A stretch of 63,325 bases of DNA, counting the filler. It is 14 parts of 14 records of this genome, joined end to end, with 100 filler letters (N's around TTAATTAATTAA, not from the genome) between each part and the next. Parts side by side here need not be neighbours in the genome. Positions count along the whole stretch, not along the records: positions 18,851 to 22,007 come from SRR15195285_4621; positions 22,108 to 26,191 come from SRR15195285_4631; positions 26,292 to 31,024 come from SRR15195285_4635; positions 31,125 to 36,216 come from SRR15195285_4638; 10 more parts are not named here. One strand, given 5' to 3'. A program made the position numbers and the translations under genes. Under the pieces are notes generated by a model. That model was not told the DNA's origin. It did not search any database and worked only from the letters and a program-made list of their open reading frames with translations. This document shows, piece after piece, positions 21,554 through 32,311 of the stretch (positions are counted from its first letter, which is position 1; each line of letters starts with the position of its first letter).

Positions 21554-22246
21554 GCTCTCGCGCCACCCGCCACCGTATGTATATACAGCGCGCCCACCTC
21601 CTGGCGCCCGCCCTCTGCGTGCACGCCTGTGCCCCTGTGCGCTGTGCCGTGTAACCACAGCGCAGCCGTGTCCCCTTGCGGTCAGCAGCAGAGAGCAAGC
21701 AAGAAGCCCACGGGCCAGTACGCAATATACCGTGCCTCCCCCCCCCTCTCCGCCTTCTCTCCGCCCGCGCCCTGCCTGCAGGCCCACAGACCTGCCTGCC
21801 TGTCAGTCTCTCGCGTCTTGATCAGGGCCTTGTGCGCGCAGCCGAGGGCGCGGGCTCTCTTGTGGCGCTGCTGTCGTGGGGGGCGCTGCTAGACTATCGA
21901 GTACGGTATCGTATCCCAGTGATTTCTCGACCCCCTCCCCCCTCGCCCTCCCTCAGGCCGGACGCTACTATTCATAGTAGTTGAGAATTGAGTGCCATTT
22001 GTCGGTCNNNNNNNNNNNNNNNNNNNNNNNNNNNNNNNNNNNNNNNNNNNNTTAATTAATTAANNNNNNNNNNNNNNNNNNNNNNNNNNNNNNNNNNNNN
22101 NNNNNNNTCAAACTATTGATCTCAAAGGGCTGTGCTGTACTAGTAGCGTGGAAGCGTCCCTCGGGAGCGGGAATTATATAATCTTGAAATCATGGATCCT
22201 CATACTCAAAAGGTACCAACAAACGAACGCCACACGCGCTCGAGCG

Positions 22247-23998
22247 ATGCGCTTGGCTGCCTCCAGGCGGCTTGCTCGCACGCTGTCCGCTCTGGTACCT
22301 TCAGAAGCCGCCACGACCACGGAGCATGTCCCGCTCTACTGGCGAGGCGCCACGCAGCAGCTACGAGCCATTCGAGCGGGGGAGCTGTTGCCCTCGACAT
22401 TGCTGGAACTGTACATTGGTCGCGTTGAAACCATGGACAGCGAGCAGACCAACGCCGTGGTCGTGCGGGATTTCGCTCGAGCACGGAAGCGCGCGGTGGC
22501 AGCAGACGAGGCCGCCGCAGCTGGCGAGTGGTGGGGGCCACTGCACGGTCTTCCGCTCACGGTGAAGGACAACCTGGATGTCGCTGGTCTGCCTACCTCG
22601 CGTGGCGACGTCGATCTGGCCAGTGGCACTAGTGCCGTGCACAGCGATGCCGCAGTTCAGCGGCTGGAGGCGGCAGGTGCCATTGTATTTGGTAAGACCA
22701 ATCTGCCACTGCAGGCCAACGATATCCAGAGCTTCAATGATGCTTTCGGTACGACAAACAACCCACACGATCTCACGCGAACGCCCGGGGGATCGTCTGG
22801 TGGAAGTGCTGCAGCCGTTGCAGCTGGGCTCTCACCAGTCGAGCTGGGGACAGATATTGGAGGTTCGCTGCGATTTCCTTCGCATTGCTGCGGGATATAT
22901 GCGCACAAGCCAACCTTTGGCCTAGTTCCCAAGCGTGGAGGCGACGGCGTGCCAGCTGAGCCCATTGACCTATGGGTGATTGGTCCACTCGCACGTTCTG
23001 CGGAAGATCTACGCACGCTGATGACTGTGCTTGCAGACCCGGCCGCCGCAGAGCTGCCTGCGGGCGGTGTTGCCGGCTCTCCAGCCGCGGAGTTTTTGCT
23101 GGATCTGACTGGACAGACAATCACTACTTTGAAAGGATGCCGTGTGGCTGTGTGGGGAGATGATATAGTCTGCCCAGTAGGCGAGAGCGTCGCTGCTGCC
23201 ATGGACCTTGCCGTACGTGCGCTTCGCTCGGCAGGCGCTTGTATCTGCACTGATGCACGACCTGCCTTCGACCCGGCGCATTCACACCGCACGTATCTCC
23301 AGTTGCTTGGTGCGGCGACCGCTTCGAGGATGGGCCCTGAAGCATCGGCCACCCTGCTTAGCAGGAGCTTGCACTACAACAGCCTCTGGACAGAGGACGA
23401 TGTTGTGCCAGAAAGTGGTCTGGGAATCACTGACTCGGAGTGGATGGAAGTGAGCGCCATGACAATGCGCCACGCGAGGTGGCTTGCAGTAAACGAGCAG
23501 AGGGCAGGTCTCCGCATGGCCTGGGCTGGTTTCTTCAAAGATGTTGATGCGGTTATCATGCCCATCGCACCAGTGCCTGCGTTTACGCACGACCAAGATC
23601 TGGCAGACGCGCCGTACTGGAGACACTCGGGCCGCCGGGTCGCGCTGGACGTGAGCCCGGCGCGAGCGGCTGCGATTGCTGCCGCGAACACAGATCCAGC
23701 CCTTGCTGAAGGCTTTGCTGAAGGAAATGCTGGTGAATTCTGGCTTCCGTATGAGCGCCAGGTGTTCTGGGCAGGGCTTCCGACGGTTTGCCACCTCCCT
23801 GTGACTGCTGTGCCAGTGGCACCGCCTGCTGGCGCAGTGCTACCATGCGGATTCCAGGTTGTTGGGCGAGAGTGGGGAGATGGCATCACACTGCGAATCG
23901 CAGAGCTGCTGGCAGCGCACTGTGACGAGCTACTACAGCAAGGAGATGCCGACCTAGGGAGGGTAGGTCGCTGCGCTGTTCCAGCTGCTTTTCAGTGA
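22247..23998 (+). CDS. Amidase-signature family amidase, intronless, with a possible mitochondrial presequence
   Basis: GPLHGLPLTVKDN (catalytic Lys), TPGGSSGGSAAAVAAG and GTDIGGSLRFPSHCCG (Ser-cisSer-Lys triad). Arg-rich N-terminus MRLAASRRLARTLS. Confidence 0.93.
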   Translation: MRLAASRRLARTLSALVPSEAATTTEHVPLYWRGATQQLRAIRAGELLPSTLLELYIGRVETMDSEQTNAVVVRDFARARKRAVAADEAAAAGEWWGPLHGLPLTVKDNLDVAGLPTSRGDVDLASGTSAVHSDAAVQRLEAAGAIVFGKTNLPLQANDIQSFNDAFGTTNNPHDLTRTPGGSSGGSAAAVAAGLSPVELGTDIGGSLRFPSHCCGIYAHKPTFGLVPKRGGDGVPAEPIDLWVIGPLARSAEDLRTLMTVLADPAAAELPAGGVAGSPAAEFLLDLTGQTITTLKGCRVAVWGDDIVCPVGESVAAAMDLAVRALRSAGACICTDARPAFDPAHSHRTYLQLLGAATASRMGPEASATLLSRSLHYNSLWTEDDVVPESGLGITDSEWMEVSAMTMRHARWLAVNEQRAGLRMAWAGFFKDVDAVIMPIAPVPAFTHDQDLADAPYWRHSGRRVALDVSPARAAAIAAANTDPALAEGFAEGNAGEFWLPYERQVFWAGLPTVCHLPVTAVPVAPPAGAVLPCGFQVVGREWGDGITLRIAELLAAHCDELLQQGDADLGRVGRCAVPAAFQ

Positions 23999-24317
23999 CA
24001 ACGGTGCTACCATCAGAACCAGAATGCACGAATCGGTTGAATATGTCCGTTCCGACTCGCCTTGTTGACATTATAACCTACACAGCAACTATAGATTTAT
24101 TGATCCCGCGACCTACTGATACCATAGCTTGCCGATTGGCATGAAAGCGTGCGGCACCTTCATGCTGCAGTCGGTGACACCGAGAAGAGACAGAGGCAGC
24201 AGGCAACCATGGCATTAAGAATGAGTCAGAGTCATGAAGAGGTATACTGTAGGTGACGCGACATCCGCGCGTGCGGTGAAAGCAAGCCGCGCATGCACGC
24301 AATCAGTGCTGGGCAAC

Positions 24318-25892
24318 TCACAACAGACCGCAGAGCAAGACAACCACAGCAATGTTGATCATCCCATAGAAGAAGCCGCGCCCTTCCAGCACCTTCGGGG
24401 CTGTTTTCTGCAGCATGATCATTACCAGCGAGTAGAAGCAAAGGAAGAGCATCAGCTTCTCTGCCTTCTGCAGGTCGTCATTCTCACGTTTCATGTAAAT
24501 ACCTTTGCAAGCCTCCGGCTTGTCTTTCCAAAATTCGAGCTCTGTCCCAGAGATCTCGACGCAGAGCCGTAGCATCTCCTTTCCTTGGTCCCGCAGCTGG
24601 AGAGTGTAGGCTGACTCCCGCATCAACGCAGGATATAGCACGAAGCGATACATCATGCGGAACAGGTGCTGAGCTACTTCGACTGCGAGCTCGAATCCGA
24701 TCAAGACAAGATCCTTCGGCAGCCACTCCGCAAGTTCACGCAGCTCCTGCAGGACGAAGAGCGGCCGGATCACTGCAGCAGCACCCGCGATACCGAGGGC
24801 GGCGGAGCGCATGGCCCCACCCGTGCCCTTCAGCGCCGAGATCACGGGCGCGTCTCCCTGAAGCGCCATCGCAGAGGCACATTCCACAGTTCATAGCAAA
24901 GTTAGAGGAAGAGGGTGGACGAAGCTAGTCAGTCGCGCGTCGCCCAGGGGCTGACGACGCACCGACTTGCGCGCGTTCAGATCTCGTTTCCACAGTGCGG
25001 CTGGCAGCTTGATAGCCACTCCTCCCACATTCGCATCAACAGGGTGATCGTTGAGGCCGAGGCCAACCACGTGTAGGCCAACAGCCAGTGCACCCGCCAG
25101 GAGGAGAGCTAGGATCGAAAGGAAGTTGAAGCCATTCGATGGCCTCAGGACCGAGAAGCCGAGCAATCCGTAAATGGCGAAAACGATCTGCTCAACGCGC
25201 GTGGCGGCTGTGCTCCACTGCTTCTTCAGCTTGGATTCAATGTTGCTCTTCTGTACGGAAGGGTTGGTCGCGAACAGCGCAGTCTGGCTCTGCTTCACCT
25301 CGTCGGCCGGTATTGTGTACCGGTCAGCACCATCCGCGAGCAGCTCAGCGCACGGTACGAACAGCGGTGGCTGGTTGGCCTCCGGCTGGTGCCACAGCCC
25401 CTTGACGCCCTTGCCGGGCGGATTCACGTAGTAGGCGGAGTTGTCCTTGTCACCACTGACTTCGGGCATAGCCAGTTCAAGCGCATTCTCCAGTTGCGAT
25501 GCGGACTCGTGCTCGTGTGCGACGAGGCGGTCGTTCTTATCCTGGGTGACGGTGATGGAACACTTGGGCAGCGGCACCGCGAAGAGGAAGCGCCCGAGGA
25601 CGCAGGCCCCGGTCATGAGGACGCAGAATCGCTGCAGAGCAGCCTGCCCCCACACCGTCTCCGCGAACGAGTTCATGAACAGCCCCGGGAGTAGCAGAAA
25701 AACGACCGCCGCGAGCTCGCATGCCCGCTGCAGGTCGGGCAGCCACGGCGCGGTCCCACCCACCTCCTTGTACCGCCGATGCCGGGCTTTGATCAGCGCC
25801 GGCGAAGGGCTGCGCCCACGGCCGCGCCCACCAGGCGTCTCCGCCTCGCCGCGTGCCGCCGGCGACGCGCTGCGCTGCTTCGAGGCCGGCAT
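24318..25892 (-). CDS. Hypothetical multi-pass membrane protein, 2 exons
   Basis: Two ORFs are joined by a GTGCGT...CTGAC...TTCAG intron (about 24858-24962). Several hydrophobic helices. Confidence 0.6.
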
Positions 25893-26624
25893 CCCGGTGG
25901 CCAACCCGATGCCCAACCCGATGCAGCGAGCGCCAGCCCTGCCGCCCACCGTGCCAGATGACGTGCCAGTAGAGATTACGGTACCGATACGGTAGAGTTT
26001 TCCCGCCAGCCCGCACGCCCTCCAATCAAGAATCAGGAATCAAGCGCCGGAGTATATGATCGGATTATAGATCATTGTTGATGCAATTACAGTATTCGAA
26101 GTATTAGGAATTCCTACATGTACCGGTACTAGATCTAGCTAGTATGGCTTTTGAAAAGAGAGAATGCAGAATCAGAACAACCAGCGAATCANNNNNNNNN
26201 NNNNNNNNNNNNNNNNNNNNNNNNNNNNNNNNNNNTTAATTAATTAANNNNNNNNNNNNNNNNNNNNNNNNNNNNNNNNNNNNNNNNNNNNGGCAGAGTT
26301 CTATTCCCTTAGTCTCATCGCATACTGTAGCCCAGCACGCATCACGCGCGCATGTACACACACATACAAAGTACTATGAATGGGATGATATACTAATAGT
26401 ATACGTACCGCGACCGAGTGTGTACGTATGCGCGCCTTGTAGGCAGTAGCGCGCGACGCGACTAGCACGGCACTGCCGAGTTGCCGCTTAGTTCGTAGGC
26501 GCTGGCCGCCATGTGGGGTGTGCCTCGGCGCACTGCCTTCGCACGCAGGACATTTACCCGTGCGTTTTTACATACAGGGCCGATAGAAGGGTGCTCGGCC
26601 TCGGCGAGCTGCAGGCGAGCCCGT

Positions 26625-27735
26625 ATGTACGGCTACTGCAGATGCGGCACGGCCGCCGCGGGTGTCTGTCTCGCCGGCGGCGCGGCGGCTGTGGCGTCTG
26701 CGGGTTGTTGTGCTGTCGCCGCGTGTGATGAGAACCGAACGGCGCTCAGGAGCGTCGACTTGACCGGCGATGGTGTGCGTGAGACAACAGCGTACGACAC
26801 GGTCGGCGACGGCAAGGTGGACGCGCTGGATACCTCAGGGGATGGCCAAGTCGACACAGTTCTCGTTGACCTGTATCGCGACACCCCGCTGCGGTACGTG
26901 GGCTACAGCAATGAGATCGGCGAAGCTTTCCGCCCAATCGTTCCGCGCCTGGTCGTTCCGAGCTACGCCCTCGCCATTGTTTACGTGTTGGCAGACACTG
27001 CGGACAAAGCGAGGAGGGCCCGCGACCTTTCGGTCGCCGAGTCAGGTGCTGCCGACACGCGCCAGGTGCTTGAGCAAGCTGGAGATTGTCTGGTGTGGCA
27101 GCTGTTGGCTTCTGTGTTCGTTCCGGGCGCAGTTATCCACCAAGTCGTTCATTTTCTTGGACGAGCCATCAAGGCCGCGCCCACGCTTCCACCCATGAGT
27201 ACGCGTTGCCAATCCGATGCAGTGGCAAGCCCAGCAACTGGTGCTGTCCGCCGCCCTGCATCACGATCATTGCATCGCTCCTCAAACAATCAGTTGGTTT
27301 ACGCGCGTGGATAATTGTGCCTGTCTGCAGTTCAGACATGGGGCGCGACGCTTGCTGGGCTAGCCACCATTCCATTCATTATTCATCCGATTGACCATGC
27401 AGTCGACTATGTACTGGACAACTCTTTGCGAACCCTCTACACGACAGCAGGCGCGACGAAAGAAGTCGGAAGTATGTCCGTCCTACGCGTGTCTATCTTC
27501 ACTCTCTGTTGTTGAAGCGATACATGCAGACTAGTAAATGGTCTTGCTCGTCTGCTGATGCGTGACGTTGCTGTCTGCGCGCTGCTCAGATGTAGTCGGC
27601 CACCTTGACCTGACCGGAGATGGGGTCGCTGAGACCACAGCTTACGATACTGTGGGTGACGGCAAAGCAGACGCGCTAGACACCTCAGGCGACGGTCGCA
27701 TCGACACGAAATTGCGGCCAGCGAATGAATCGTGA
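26625..27735 (+). CDS. MTFP1: Mitochondrial fission process protein 1 (MTP18/MTFP1) with DxxGDG repeat modules at both ends, 3 exons
   Basis: DLYRDTPLRYVGYSNEIGEAFRP, YVLADTADK, WQLLASVFVPGAVIH and GLATIPFIIHPIDHAVD. Introns 27199-27330 and 27472-27589; stop at 27733-27735. Confidence 0.9.
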
Positions 27736-27994
27736 AACAACACAGGACCACGTATGTACTATTCGAATACTACCAAGGTAGGGAGGGAGTGTGCTGTATG
27801 CACAGACTGGTGCGGGTTGGAAAGACACACAGATTGTGCATTTTGCAGTGCTTCGATTTGTCCACCGAGTTCGTCCTATGCCACTTCATCACATCGAGAC
27901 GCTTTCCTCAACCCTCCTCGCACCTCGAAAGATCGTCCCACCCATCAGCGTCGTCTTTACTTTTCCCTTTGTCTCTAGGTCAGCTAGATATGCA

Positions 27995-30756
27995 TTATAG
28001 ATGTCTAGGCGTGGCCTCGCGGGGTCGTGCGCGGTCGTACACATCAGCGAATATTGATGCGCGAGAATGAATTTGAACTGGTGTTCCCGTAAGATCAACC
28101 TCGCCAGCATGTTGCAACGATATACGCAGGGGAATCGTGCCTTGCGATAAGATCGAGACTGTCGTATTCGTTTCCCGCACGTCAACAAGCAACTTCGACC
28201 CCAAATAATGCAAGCCTCGGACAACAAGTTGCGTTGTGTTCGGCAAAAGTCGAGGTGCAATAATTTGCAGCTCGTTATCACCCCAGCGAATACCACTATA
28301 CCCTGCCCAGACTGACTGCAGGTAGACCCCTGCACCAGTGAGGAAGTTCGGACAGCCGCCGCCGCCCATCTGTTCCGACCAGATGCGAAATGGTCCATAG
28401 AGATTGGACTGTGTAGACTTCGCGAGGTAGTGGTCAGCGGCAGAGTAGTTCCCGAGATCGGCATATCCAATAGTGAACATGCTCCAATACATGGCGTTGC
28501 CTGTTGGCCCTGTACAACCAAAGAAAACGAACCACACGTCAGGTGAGTCTACGTGCGGATGCTGTGCGATTGTTGCAATCGAATATATGACCCTTACATT
28601 GTGTCGCGTAGAAGTCAAGGTCTGCCGCAGCGACATCATCGTCCAATACACGCCGGGATATGTTGAGAGGATATCGCAGCATAATCACGCCGATCCCATT
28701 GCACTGGTCTTTGCCTCCTGCCCAGCAGCGAATTATCTTGCGGCCATCCTCCGAGCTGCCGTACGCAATTGAGGCGGGGATCGCATGTATCAGAGCCGAC
28801 CAGTTCGCACCTATCGCTTGTGTCTTCCCAGATCTTGCTAGCAGCGTGGCTGCATCAACTGCGTGCTGTAGCGAGTGCAGCGCACTCGCGAGATCATACG
28901 TGTTGTCCAGTGCATCCGAATTTGATTCATCGGGCCCTCCTGCATCAATGAGAGAAATATTGGAGAGGTTTCCATCTGGCTCTGATGTAAGACGGCTGGC
29001 CCAGAATTCAGCAATGCCTGAAATGACAGGCCATCCGATGCGTTTTAACCACTCCAGATCGTGAGTGGCCTGCCACACCTGCCACATGGCGAGTGATACA
29101 TCACCGTTGATATGAATCTCCTTCACTTCATTTTGCTGGGCGAATAATGGACACGCAGCCAAGCCAGTAAATGCTGATTCCCACGGATACTTTAGCCCAG
29201 CCGTTTTCGTGAGTGCGACTGAATTGTTTCTCGCTGCACCCATGCGATCGTAGCGATACTGCATGGCAGCCTTCGCCATCTGTGGGTGAAGCAGTAGCAG
29301 ATTTGGCCAGATGAACTGCTCAACATCCCTGCCCATCCACAACATACACCACGGGGTCAAGGCAATGTCCGATACATAGCCGTGCAACAACGTTGTGGTG
29401 TGCGGACCAAAATGTGTGTCCGTTGTAGCAACCGTTGGGGAGACCGCCAGGGCTGGTGGAGAAGTTTAGCTCGTCGCGCACGCTGATCATAATGCCATAC
29501 AGGCTACTGTTCACCGACAGCGCTAGCTCTAGATTCCCCCCAACTTCGATCCGAGAATCCCAAAGTGCCTCTTGCGCTGCAGCATGGGAGGCAATCAACA
29601 TGGCTGCTGAACCACGGTGAGACTTCCACGCAGTCACGGCATCGGCAAGTGGGTCGGTACTTTCTAGACTTGTGTAAACCGTTGTTAGCACTGAACCACG
29701 TCCCGTTGGCCCACTGCCAGTGGACACCTCTACCTCGTTCGTATTGTAGCATATCGCAATGGTCACTAGCTCTGCACCGGCTTCGGCAACGGCCGTCCGG
29801 CCTACTTGACACGTTGCACCCGGCGTGGACACGTCGCTCGGCGCAAAGGCAACTGTCGGTGCAGCAGATGCAGACCAATGGTAGCGCACGCTCATCACCA
29901 CAGATGAGCTGTCGCCAATGCCTGTGCCGTTAACAAAGACATCAGTAATCAGCAAATGCATGTCAGCACGGTGTGCATAATGTCGTAACGTCGCCTGGGC
30001 GCCTGCGGAGTTCACATAGAGCTCTTCCACGGTCGCTTGCTCGAGGTCAAGCGCTAGGGCCTCTTGATGCCACCCTGCACTGCTGATCCGACCCAGCAGC
30101 AGTGGCACACCGGCGCGTTGGCTGACTCCGCTGCCTTTCTCTGGACCGAAAGGTGGGGGCAGTGCCCCGCTCATCACGCCAGCAATATACATTGTGCCAC
30201 CTGTCTGCGCAAACTGGGCAGCCATATAACCATTGCCAAAATTGGGCAGAGGACCGTGTACAGTGCCAGCTGCTGGTGTGATAGCCCACACCAGGTTGCC
30301 AGCTGCGTGACGCCGTAGCCATCTGGCTGGCAATTGCACAGCAGGCGGGGGTGGTGGTGCTTTGGAACAAAGCTGCTCTCCGTTCCCGACGTCACGAACG
30401 ATGATAGCAGTCTCACCGTGGTTGGCAACGAGTCTGCCGCCACAGTGAAGATTGCAGTTCTTGTCATGATAGTGGCTGGCAGGCCCGTTCCAACTTGCGC
30501 TGGCACAGTTTTGGTGCGAGACACACATAGCTGCACAGGCCTCCGCTGACTGAGCAGGACCGGCACCAACGTCCAGATGTCCTGGATTGGCGATATCCGA
30601 GTTGTGGTGAATTGTCCAGTTCGCTGTCGACACAGCTGTCATGTTGACGGCAATGTGCTGCTCCTCTGCGGCGCAAGACGCAGCACCGAGCAGCAGCATG
30701 GCGGCAGCAACACGGCCATACAACGGACCCAAGGTCGCCCGAGCAGTCAGCCTCAT
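27995..30756 (-). CDS. GH65-like glycoside hydrolase (PGGHG/acid trehalase-like) with an N-terminal PAN/Apple module, secreted
   Basis: SPGGLPNGCYNGHTFW|DVEQFIWP, YPWESAFTG, EIHINGDV, GPDE, AMYWSMF and NFLTGAGVYLQSV. Signal peptide, PAN-like CAAMCVSHQNCASASW, two introns. Confidence 0.85.
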
Positions 30757-31329
30757 CGTCGGTCCGGGTCGTATATCGTTAGCTCAGAGGGTGGGTTGGA
30801 TTCGATTCGTTGTGACTTGTGAGCATGCAGTGTGCGCCGCCGCCGCCGGGTGCGTACTGTACAGTATGCACAGCATGCATTGCCGCGAAAATGCTAAATG
30901 GGACCCCGTGAACTCAGACCGGCCGCGCGCCGCCGGTGCATGTTTTTCGCTCAAATGGCCGGCTCGCTGGCGATGCTCGCGCTACTGCCGGGGCGCGTTC
31001 TCAGCGGGTAGGGGGAGGATGCGCNNNNNNNNNNNNNNNNNNNNNNNNNNNNNNNNNNNNNNNNNNNNTTAATTAATTAANNNNNNNNNNNNNNNNNNNN
31101 NNNNNNNNNNNNNNNNNNNNNNNNCTTGATTTGCGTGAATGAGAATCGACCTGGACGAAGTACCGTACGTAACCGGAGATGGATGGTGGTCACGGCCAGG
31201 CTGCAGGCAGGCAGGGTCATGCACGGCAGTGGTCCAGGTCGTGCCGTGGGTGCTGGACCGCAGTGTAGAGCCCTCCTGAACTGTCGAGCACCGGGGGCCA
31301 GGGCGCGCGGCTCGTGACGTTTTGAACCG

Positions 31330-32208
31330 ATGCTGCTACATGTGGCTGCCGCGCTGGCGCTTGGAGTGGCATATGTGCAGAGCTTGCATGGCGTCTGGCT
31401 CAGTGCGCTGGGGACAGCGGCAGTCCTCGCCGCGGTGTGCATGGTTTACAGCGTGTACTACGTCGCAGCATTTGCCTACGAGATCAGGGGCTCAGAGGTG
31501 CTCTCAGTCTGCTGGAACCGTCATATCGTTAGGGATGCTAAAGCTTCATGCAGGGCTCTGTACGGCAAACCATTTGACTTTGATGATGCGCACTATGAAG
31601 AGTATATGATGCAGGACGAAGAAGAGGCGAATTTAAACTACTTTGACCGATTCCTCGCGCGCAAATTGTCGTTTCTATGCTGGCCCTCCTCGTGCTTTGC
31701 GCCGGAGCTGGCACACGAGCTGCTGGAACACGGGATAGGGGAGGAGGATGTCCTTCTTGATATTGGTGCGGGTTTGGGGCTTGCCATGTTGACCTTTCAT
31801 CACCTGCTACCTTGCAGGCGGATCCATGGCATTGAAGCAAGTCACCAGCTCTTCGATGTCTGTCGAGCGAATCTCGAGCTGGTTGATAGTGGACGCTTGA
31901 AAGTGGAGTTGGGAGATGCGACTAGGTTCAATATCCCAGACGATGTGACGTTCATCTACATGTACAACAGTTTTCAGGACAAAATTGGGTGCCCCGCGGA
32001 AGAGCAACACGAAAAGTTCATTGCCCAGTTGAGAGCCTCAGTGCAGCGCTCACCACGCCGACTCGTATTTCTACTATACGATTGTGACGACGAGGATGAC
32101 GAGGACAACACTAGGGATCCTTACGACGATGCTTTTACACTCCTCAAAAGTGGTAAAGCAGGACCGGACGTCTTCTGCTGCTATGAATGTACCCGCGTAA
32201 AGGAGTAG
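31330..32208 (+). CDS. Class I SAM-dependent methyltransferase with an N-terminal membrane anchor
   Basis: Motif I LLDIGAGLG, IHGIE, GDAT and post-II FIYMYNSF. Hydrophobic N-terminus. Confidence 0.8.
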   Translation: MLLHVAAALALGVAYVQSLHGVWLSALGTAAVLAAVCMVYSVYYVAAFAYEIRGSEVLSVCWNRHIVRDAKASCRALYGKPFDFDDAHYEEYMMQDEEEANLNYFDRFLARKLSFLCWPSSCFAPELAHELLEHGIGEEDVLLDIGAGLGLAMLTFHHLLPCRRIHGIEASHQLFDVCRANLELVDSGRLKVELGDATRFNIPDDVTFIYMYNSFQDKIGCPAEEQHEKFIAQLRASVQRSPRRLVFLLYDCDDEDDEDNTRDPYDDAFTLLKSGKAGPDVFCCYECTRVKE

Positions 32209-32311
32209 ACCCGAGGTGGTTCGCGGCTTAGTGGCAACGTGAATAGACCGAGTGTATTTCTTGCAAGTCGTTGGCGCGTAGCTGAGGTAGCGTCTATCGC
32301 ATCCTGCAGCC

